Part shown: in pieces, positions 57,352-64,000 of the stretch | How positions within the stretch are numbered: the stretch's first letter is position 1 | Layout of the letters: each line of letters begins with the position of its first letter | NCBI GenBank assembly: GCA_965116875.1 | Contig: OZ220733.1 | Coordinates: forward strand, 4,224,001 to 4,288,000 | DNA length: 64,000 nucleotides | Direction: 5' to 3' | DNA from: Candidatus Latescibacterota bacterium | GTDB lineage: Bacteria > Latescibacterota > UBA2968 > GCA-2709665 | The notes under the pieces: generated by a model | Told to the model about the DNA's origin: nothing | Databases searched by the model: none | What the model saw: the letters and a program-made list of their open reading frames with translations, nothing else | Made by a program: the position numbers and the translations under genes

Positions 57352-59215
57352 CTCTAATTAAGCGAGTTATTTCAGATTTAAATGTATAAAAGTACCGGAA
57401 AGACTTATCTTTGTTGAAGTTAGCAGTCTCGGACGGGAAATTGCTACTCCAACGAAGGGGGCCTTTCCGGTGAAAAGAATATCGGTAAGAGAAAGCCGCA
57501 GGAACAGTACAAAATGTGGGCGCAAGGTACATGTACGGCAGAAGCGCGCGAGTCGCTTTTGTGCGCAAGGCAAGCCGATGTTTGGCAGCACGCGTGTACA
57601 TTACGAGGTCAGCGCAGATGGGCACGCGATGAGCTACGGTGGCATCACGGCGGTGCATCGCCTGGTGACGAAGTTGGGCTTGGTCAAGGAAATCGACGCG
57701 AGGTTGCAGTTGTTGAAGGTGCATCTGCCGTATCACGAGTCGGATCATGTGTTGAACCTTTCCTACAACATCATGTGCGGCGGCACGCGTCTGGAAGATA
57801 TCGAGCGTTTGCGACATGACGTGGCCTACATGAATGCCTTGAACGCGGATCTGATCCCGGATCCGACGACCACGGGTGACTTCACACGTCGCTTCACCGA
57901 GGCCGACGTGATCGAGCTGATGGATTGCATTAACGCGGTACGCGCCAAGTTGTGGCGCACACGCGCTACCCGAGACCTGGCAGGGGTGGCATACATCGAC
58001 GTGGATGGCACCAGTGCGCCAACGTATGGGCAGAAGAAAGCCGGTATGGACATTTCCTACAAGGGCGTGTGGGGATATGCGCCTTTGATCGTGTCGTTGG
58101 CCAATACCAAAGAGGTGCTGTATGTGGTCAACCGTCCGGGCAACGCGTCTTCTCACCAGGGCGCCGCATCCTGGATCGATGCGGCCATCTCCTTGGTGAA
58201 GCCCCACGCAGGGCGCGTATGCCTGCGCGGCGACACGGATTTTTCGCTCACCGGTCACTTCGATCGCTGGGCCAAAAACGTCGATTTCATCTTCGGCATG
58301 GACGCCAACGAGGCCTTGCGAACACGGGCCGAGGCGCTTGACGAAGCGGCCTGGCATCGCCTGCACCGGCCTGTCGCGCCACAGAAAAGGCACCGACGGG
58401 ACAATGAGAAGCAGCGCATCGTCAAGGCGCGGGGCTACCTCACCCTGGCGCTCAAGTTCGAAGACGTGGCACAGTTTGACTATCAGCCCGGCAAGTGCGA
58501 ACGGACCTACCGCGTCGTGGCCGTGAGAAAAAACATCTCCAAGACGAAAGGCGAGCAGACCCTCTTCGACAATATCCGGTATTTCTTCTACATCACCACG
58601 CGCCACGACCTCACACCTGCCGAAGTCGTCTTTGCGGCCAACAAACGTTGCGACCAGGAAAACGTCATCGAACAACTCAAAAACGGTGTCAACGCCCTGC
58701 GCGTGCCCATGTATGACCTGATCAGTAACTGGGCTTACATGGTCATCGCCGCACTGGCCTGGAACATCAAGTCGTGGTTTGCCATGATGATGCATCGCAT
58801 CAAACACCGCCGGCACTATATCCGGATGGACTTTCGCACCTTCCTCAACCACATCATCCTGTTTCCCTGTCGTGTGGTGAGAAACGCGCGAAGCACCACC
58901 GTGCGCATCATCGGCTATCAGCCGTCCCTGAGCAGACTCCTAAGCGCCTGGGCCACCATCGAACGCACCGGCTTCACCTGACACCAACTCGAAGGATGAC
59001 CGCAGATCACCACAGCGTTCGCGTCCATCATCACGCAACGGACCCTTACGCCCAAATCACACACAACCGGTCGCTTTACACAGCAAACTCACCTCGACAG
59101 ACCTCTGTACGACCTCACGCCATCACCATTTGCCAGGCACCATTGCTCTCATCAACCCAAACGCACCAAAATGCGCCCTTCGGCTCAACAAACAACAATA
59201 CTCGCTTATTTAAGG
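57352..59215 (+). mobile_element. IS1380-family insertion sequence, copy 2
   Basis: Same ends and identical internal ORF translations as copy 1; flanking duplication GCTAAT at 57346-57351 and 59216-59221. Confidence 0.92.
57470..58981 (+). CDS. IS1380-family DDE transposase
   Basis: Translation identical to 14193..15704. Confidence 0.92.
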   Translation: MKRISVRESRRNSTKCGRKVHVRQKRASRFCAQGKPMFGSTRVHYEVSADGHAMSYGGITAVHRLVTKLGLVKEIDARLQLLKVHLPYHESDHVLNLSYNIMCGGTRLEDIERLRHDVAYMNALNADLIPDPTTTGDFTRRFTEADVIELMDCINAVRAKLWRTRATRDLAGVAYIDVDGTSAPTYGQKKAGMDISYKGVWGYAPLIVSLANTKEVLYVVNRPGNASSHQGAASWIDAAISLVKPHAGRVCLRGDTDFSLTGHFDRWAKNVDFIFGMDANEALRTRAEALDEAAWHRLHRPVAPQKRHRRDNEKQRIVKARGYLTLALKFEDVAQFDYQPGKCERTYRVVAVRKNISKTKGEQTLFDNIRYFFYITTRHDLTPAEVVFAANKRCDQENVIEQLKNGVNALRVPMYDLISNWAYMVIAALAWNIKSWFAMMMHRIKHRRHYIRMDFRTFLNHIILFPCRVVRNARSTTVRIIGYQPSLSRLLSAWATIERTGFT

Positions 59216-59216
59216 G

Positions 59217-59684
59217 CTAATACTCTATGCGGTCGTCCATATTGTGCCATTCCCGAAACACCGGCAGCGCTTCGTCCCGCATGAACTGGTGGGAAGGGAT
59301 TCTCCGTTCGGCCCTCGGCAATTGTACTTCCCGGTAGAAAAATTCGTCGTCAAAACCGATTTCCGCCGCGTCTTCGGCGGCACTGGCGAAGTAAATCTTC
59401 TCGATCCTTGCCCAGTAGATGGCGGCCAGGCACATCGGACATGGCTCGCAACTGGCGTAGATTTCGCACCCGGTCAGGCGAAACGCGTGGAGTCGGGATC
59501 CCGCTCTCCTGATCGCCATCACCTCCGCGTGGGCGGTCGGGTCGTTGCGCGCGATGACCTCATTGTATCCTTCCGCGATGATCCTGCCGTCCTTCACGAT
59601 GACGGCGCCGAAAGGGCCGCCTTGCCGGGACCGCATCCGAATTCGCGAGAGTTTGATCGCTCTTTCCATGAATTCCCGTTGCAT
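59217..59684 (-). CDS. guaD: Nucleoside/guanine deaminase (Bacillus GuaD-like)
   Basis: GGPFGAVIV, DPTAHAE, CEPCPMCLAAIYWA, GFDD. Confidence 0.85.
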   Translation of the reverse strand: MQREFMERAIKLSRIRMRSRQGGPFGAVIVKDGRIIAEGYNEVIARNDPTAHAEVMAIRRAGSRLHAFRLTGCEIYASCEPCPMCLAAIYWARIEKIYFASAAEDAAEIGFDDEFFYREVQLPRAERRIPSHQFMRDEALPVFREWHNMDDRIEY

Positions 59685-59832
59685 CTCGATTCGCTCCTCA
59701 TCTTTTTCAACTGTTCTGAAGGTATCCCGCTACCTTGTGATTGGGATCGTCGGGTAATCCAGCGTGGTCGCGATGCACCTTCTCGCCGCCGGAAAGCGCC
59801 GTCGATGGATCATGAAGACAATATACCCGGTC

Positions 59833-59861
59833 TTGACAGTGACGCGACAGAGACCTATGTT
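59833..59861 (+). promoter_or_regulatory. sigma70-like promoter
   Basis: TTGACA, 17 bp, TATGTT. Confidence 0.55.
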
Positions 59862-59910
59862 CCAGACACCCGTTCAATGTGTCGTTTCAGCATTTCGGGC
59901 GAGGTAGAAT

Positions 59911-61248
59911 ATGCAACAGATGACGTCATACGCAACCGATACACCGCTGCCCCGCGTACGCAACGTTGAGGTGATCCCGATCGATCAGGGTGGCAGCCGC
60001 ATGTTCTACGTTCGGGATCCAATGGAGATCGCGCCGCAGCCTCTGATGCTCGGACCGGCGGGGATGCTCGTTTTGTCGCATCTGGACGGCCGGCGCACCA
60101 TCGATCAGATTCTCGAGTCCTTGCAAAAAGCGTTTCCGGGTGGCGAGGTGGGGGATCGCGAGGTCCGTCATGTGCTGAGCAAGTTGAGCGAGGGCTGCTA
60201 CCTGGACGACCCCGTGGCCGCGGCCCGGATCACCCGGATACGCGAGGAATTCGACCGCACCGACGTTCGGCCGGCATGGCACGCGGGCACCGCCTACCCG
60301 AACGACCCTGGAGAACTCGCCGGGATGCTCGACGGGTTCTTCGGAGCCGCCGCTTCGTCCGTGAAGGCGCAACGTGGAGACGGGAACAGGGACCGGAAAG
60401 CGCGGCTTGCGGCCATCATGTGTCCTCACATCGATCTGCGCGCAGGCGGTGAGACGTATCCGCCTGCCTTCAATGCGCTGGCCGCGGCCTCCGCCGGTTC
60501 GCGGCCCTGCGAGCTCTTTATCATTCTCGGTGTGGCGCACAATGGCGGAACGGAACCGGGAGCGAGCTTTGCCATTGCGACCGGCAAACACTACGAAACG
60601 CCGTTTGGACGAGTGCCGACAGCCGCTGACGTAATCAAGGACTGGTCCGGCCGCGCCGGGCGCGACGTCGCGGAGCAACAGTGGATGCACCGGACCGAGC
60701 ACTCGGTCGAGTTCGCTCTGCTGTTTCTTCAGTATATCCAGGCACGGGAGGAATTGGCGCCGTTCCGGGTGGTGCCGGTCCTGCTTGGTAGCGTCGATCA
60801 CTGCCTGCAGGAAGGACGGAATCCCCTGCAGGCCCCCGAGGTGGCCAACGAACTCGATGCGCTGAGCGAGGCGGTGTCTGCGAGCGGAAAGCGTGCCCTG
60901 TACGTGCTCAGCGTGGACCTGGCGCACGTCGGTCCGAAATTCGGCCATCCGGACCGGATCGACGATGCTGCAGCTGCGGCCTGCGAGACGGCCGACCGCG
61001 AACTGCTGGGCTATGCGCAACGGTTCGACGCGGCCGGCCTCTACCGGTCGCTGCACGCGGACGGAAACAGCCGGAACGTGGACGCCGTCGCGGGTCTGTT
61101 TTCGCTCCATTCGCTTCTGGACGGCGCAGATTGCCGCGGCGACCTGCTCAGCTACGGGCAGAACCGCCAGGGCGATACCGGTTCCCTGGTCAGCTACGCC
61201 AGCATGGCCTTCTATACAACGCCGTCGAAGCCCGCTCCAGGCGGTTGA
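59911..61248 (+). CDS. AmmeMemoRadiSam system protein B (MEMO1 family) with N-terminal extension
   Basis: RPAWHAGTAYP, PHID, YETPFG, HRTEHSVE, VDLAHVGPKFG, VSYAS. Confidence 0.88.
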   Translation: MQQMTSYATDTPLPRVRNVEVIPIDQGGSRMFYVRDPMEIAPQPLMLGPAGMLVLSHLDGRRTIDQILESLQKAFPGGEVGDREVRHVLSKLSEGCYLDDPVAAARITRIREEFDRTDVRPAWHAGTAYPNDPGELAGMLDGFFGAAASSVKAQRGDGNRDRKARLAAIMCPHIDLRAGGETYPPAFNALAAASAGSRPCELFIILGVAHNGGTEPGASFAIATGKHYETPFGRVPTAADVIKDWSGRAGRDVAEQQWMHRTEHSVEFALLFLQYIQAREELAPFRVVPVLLGSVDHCLQEGRNPLQAPEVANELDALSEAVSASGKRALYVLSVDLAHVGPKFGHPDRIDDAAAAACETADRELLGYAQRFDAAGLYRSLHADGNSRNVDAVAGLFSLHSLLDGADCRGDLLSYGQNRQGDTGSLVSYASMAFYTTPSKPAPGG

Positions 61249-61365
61249 CCGGCAGAACAACCCGCCTGTCAGTGCATTCTCCCCCTCTCCTTGCCGCTCG
61301 CGCCAATCCCCCTTACCCGTTATATTGGACGAGTTCAGCGACATTCGATCGTGAAGGAGGTCGTC

Positions 61366-62211
61366 ATGCCCCGAAGATGGTTGCGTGTGGCCGCGGTTCA
61401 GATGCACGTCAATGACGACGTCGAGAAGAATACGCGCGGGATCGTCGACCGGTTGAACGCGTGCGCCCGTGAGAAGGTCGACGTGGCCGCGTTCCACGAG
61501 GGCGTTCTGTACGGCTATTGCGACCGACCGGATTTCTGGGCGGACCTGGATCAATCCCGCATCGAAATTGCGGAACGGCAGATCGTCCGGGCCTGCCAGG
61601 AGACAGGCATCGCTGCCGTCGTTGGTTCCACCCATCAGGAAGACGGACGCCAGTTCAACAGCTTGCTGGTTGTGGACAGAGACGGCACGGTTCGGGGCCG
61701 TTACGGCAAGATCCACCTTGCGGGCGAGCAATGGTTCGAGCCGTCCCGGCACCTGCCCGTTTACAGACTGTGCGGCGTTCCGTGTTGTTTCCTGATCTGC
61801 CACGATATCCGCTATCCCGAACTCGTGCGGCTGCCCGCGGCGGCCGGCGCGCAGGTCTGCTTTTTCTGCAGTTGCGAGAGTTCCGTCACTTCCGAGCATA
61901 AATTGTCGGCCTACAGGGCGATGCCCATCAGCCGCGCGACCGAGAACGGCATCTACGTGGTTATGGCCAACGCGCCTGCCGATCCAACGGATATCGACCG
62001 TGCGGGGTCGTCCCATGGCGAATCGAAGATCATCCATCCTGACGGGAATGTGAGTGCGGAAGCCGGAATGTTTACGGACGAGATCGTCATCCGCAGGCTC
62101 GATCTCCACGCGGCGTCACGAAATATCGCGATGCGCGCCGTAAACGACGTCACGTGCATCAGCGATTGGATGAAGGAAGGCGTGAAGCTTGTAGAAGGGG
62201 GAGTCGCCTGA
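61366..62211 (+). CDS. Carbon-nitrogen hydrolase (nitrilase superfamily)
   Basis: E-K-C triad: FHEG, YGKIHL, ICHDIRYPE; RATEN. Confidence 0.9.
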   Translation: MPRRWLRVAAVQMHVNDDVEKNTRGIVDRLNACAREKVDVAAFHEGVLYGYCDRPDFWADLDQSRIEIAERQIVRACQETGIAAVVGSTHQEDGRQFNSLLVVDRDGTVRGRYGKIHLAGEQWFEPSRHLPVYRLCGVPCCFLICHDIRYPELVRLPAAAGAQVCFFCSCESSVTSEHKLSAYRAMPISRATENGIYVVMANAPADPTDIDRAGSSHGESKIIHPDGNVSAEAGMFTDEIVIRRLDLHAASRNIAMRAVNDVTCISDWMKEGVKLVEGGVA

Positions 62212-62242
62212 CCGATCGCTTCATCGAACCTGGGGAGTATGA

Positions 62243-63700
62243 ATGAGAGGGTCCAGACCGAATATCCTGTGGATCTGCACGGACCAGCAGCGGTATGACA
62301 CCATCGGCGCGCTGGGGAACCCGCACGTGGACACGCCGAAACTCGACCGCCTCGTCGAGGAGGGGTTCGCCTTTACGCAAGCGTACTGCCAGAGTCCGAT
62401 CTGCACGCCCAGCCGCGCGAGTTTTCTCACCGGACAATACGCGAGCGCCGTCCACGTGAACGGCAACGGCAATTCGCACTTTCCGGATACGCCCCCGCTT
62501 GTTACGAAGTTGCTCGCAGACAGCGGGTACGATTGCGGACTGATTGGCAAATTGCATCTGTCCAGCGCGTTCGGGCGCGTGGAAGCGCGGGTGGATGACG
62601 GGTACCGGTACTGGCAATACAGCCACGCGCCGAGGGACGACTGGGAGACTGGACACGACTACGCCGACTGGGTGCGATCAAACGGGGAGGTGCTGGGGGA
62701 ACTGACAAAGAGTCCGGATGGCGTGCCGGCGGAACTGCACCAGACCACCTGGTGTGCGGAAAAGACCATCGACTTCCTGAGCGAAACACGCGACGGCCCC
62801 TGGCTGGCCTCGGTGAATATCTACGATCCGCATCCGCCGTTCAATCCGCCACGAACGTACCGCGACCTGTTCGATCCCGCCCGGGTGAACGGTCCACTGT
62901 TCAGAGACAGCGATCTCGCACAGCAGAAGCAACTGGAAGCCGTCGACTTTCAGTCCAAAGGGCGGCATCCCAACGACCTGGACATCAAGAGCCCGGTGAT
63001 CCCCTGGACGCAGACCCACGGGCTGGTGGAGCCGGAAACGGCCGGAAAGCGGGACGCCGGAACGCTGATCGCCGCGTATTACGCCATGATCAAGCTGATC
63101 GACGACCAGGTGGGGCGGATCATGGCCGCGCTGGATGCCACCGGCCAGCGTGAGAATACGCTCGTGATCTTCACCAGCGACCACGGCGAGATGCTGGGAG
63201 ACCACGGGCTGATTCAAAAGGGATGCCGATTCTACGAAGGGCTGGTGCGGGTGCCGCTGATCTTCTCGTGGCCGGGATACGTGAAGTCAGGACAGAGAAG
63301 CGACGCGCTGGTGGAACTGCGCGACGTCGCCCCGCTCCTGCTGGAACTGGCGGGGTTGCCGGTTCCGGAGCGGATGCAGCCGCGTTCTTTGGTTCCCATG
63401 CTCAGCGGCGGGAAACCGGCCGGCGAACATCGTGAATACGTCCGATGTGAATTCTACGATGCGCTGGACCAAGCCGACGGGACGTTCGCCACGATGTACC
63501 GCGACCGCCGGTACAAGCTCGTCGTCTACCACGGGCACGGTCTTGGCGAACTCTACGACCTCGAGGAGGACCCGGGCGAGTTCGATAACCTGTGGGACAG
63601 CCCCGGTCACGCAGAGGTAAAAATCGACCTCATGCAGCGCAGCTTCGATGCGTCCATGCTCGCCATGGACCGGGGCCCTGAACGCATCGGGCCGATGTGA
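62243..63700 (+). CDS. Sulfatase (Cys-type, formylglycine-dependent)
   Basis: PNILWICTDQQR, CTPSRASFLTG, GKLH, SDHG. Confidence 0.93.
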   Translation: MRGSRPNILWICTDQQRYDTIGALGNPHVDTPKLDRLVEEGFAFTQAYCQSPICTPSRASFLTGQYASAVHVNGNGNSHFPDTPPLVTKLLADSGYDCGLIGKLHLSSAFGRVEARVDDGYRYWQYSHAPRDDWETGHDYADWVRSNGEVLGELTKSPDGVPAELHQTTWCAEKTIDFLSETRDGPWLASVNIYDPHPPFNPPRTYRDLFDPARVNGPLFRDSDLAQQKQLEAVDFQSKGRHPNDLDIKSPVIPWTQTHGLVEPETAGKRDAGTLIAAYYAMIKLIDDQVGRIMAALDATGQRENTLVIFTSDHGEMLGDHGLIQKGCRFYEGLVRVPLIFSWPGYVKSGQRSDALVELRDVAPLLLELAGLPVPERMQPRSLVPMLSGGKPAGEHREYVRCEFYDALDQADGTFATMYRDRRYKLVVYHGHGLGELYDLEEDPGEFDNLWDSPGHAEVKIDLMQRSFDASMLAMDRGPERIGPM

Positions 63701-63751
63701 GGGCGGGAGACAGATGAAAACATACAACTCCCACAAATGTCAGGAGGAATA

Positions 63752-64000
63752 ATGGGAAATCCGGTAGTCCACTTTGAAATCGCAGGCCCCGATGGTCCCG
63801 CCTTGCAGCAGTTCTACCAAGACCTCTTCGGATGGAATGTACAGACGCAGGGACAGGAGATGGGTAACTACGGGTTGGTACAGACCAATGAAGGAGGCAT
63901 CGGCGGCGGAATCATGGAAACCACCGAGGACATGCATGCCAGCAACTACGTGACGTTCTACATCCAGGTCGACGACCTCCAGGCAGCCCTGGACAAGCTG
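63752..64000 (+). CDS. VOC family protein (runs off window)
   Basis: Translated by hand: MGNPVVHFEIAGPDGPALQQFYQDLFGW...GIGGGI...YIQVDDLQAALDKL; AGGAGG RBS. Confidence 0.85.
   Translation, partial: MGNPVVHFEIAGPDGPALQQFYQDLFGWNVQTQGQEMGNYGLVQTNEGGIGGGIMETTEDMHASNYVTFYIQVDDLQAALDKL

Noticed and set aside
14075-59215. Composite transposon bounded by the two IS copies
   Set aside because: Each copy has its own target duplication and the interval holds core genes, so these are independent insertions
59685-59830. Purine riboswitch upstream of guaD
   Set aside because: No TATAAT...TATGG...GTTTCTAC core on the minus strand
59926-62109. Long antisense ORFs (727 aa here; also 14070-15575, 45042-46508, 6009-7535)
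   Set aside because: Shadow frames of well-supported genes in high-GC DNA, with no motifs

Overview
GC-rich bacterial chromosomal window. The many Gfo/Idh/MocA, xylose-isomerase-like TIM-barrel, PhyH, DUF1080, PQQ-propeller and sulfatase genes suggest a Latescibacterota/Poribacteria/Gemmatimonadota-like heterotroph (weak inference). Core genes: uvrB-nadC-birA-coaX, dppABC, rplM-rpsI-rpsB-tsf-frr (pyrH absent), a LolA-like/ABC/outer-membrane module, and several sugar-catabolic clusters. Mobile DNA: two apparently identical 1864-bp IS1380-family copies with 6-bp target duplications, two MITE-like families (three 162-bp copies; two ~197-bp copies, one inside the rplM-rpsI spacer), REP-like palindromes and degenerate 7-8-mer tandem repeats. 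Most interesting unexplained signals: (i) a stand-alone promoter-driven ~260-nt structured RNA upstream of rplM with a 13-nt extended Shine-Dalgarno and an 11-aa micro-ORF; (ii) a bacterial flavoprotein resembling animal OSGIN1/2; (iii) a ~125-nt promoter-to-terminator structured RNA upstream of a GlnR-like regulator; (iv) a two-gene operon led by a DksA/TraR zinc-finger fusion. All family calls were made by eye from motifs; no searches or folding programs were run.
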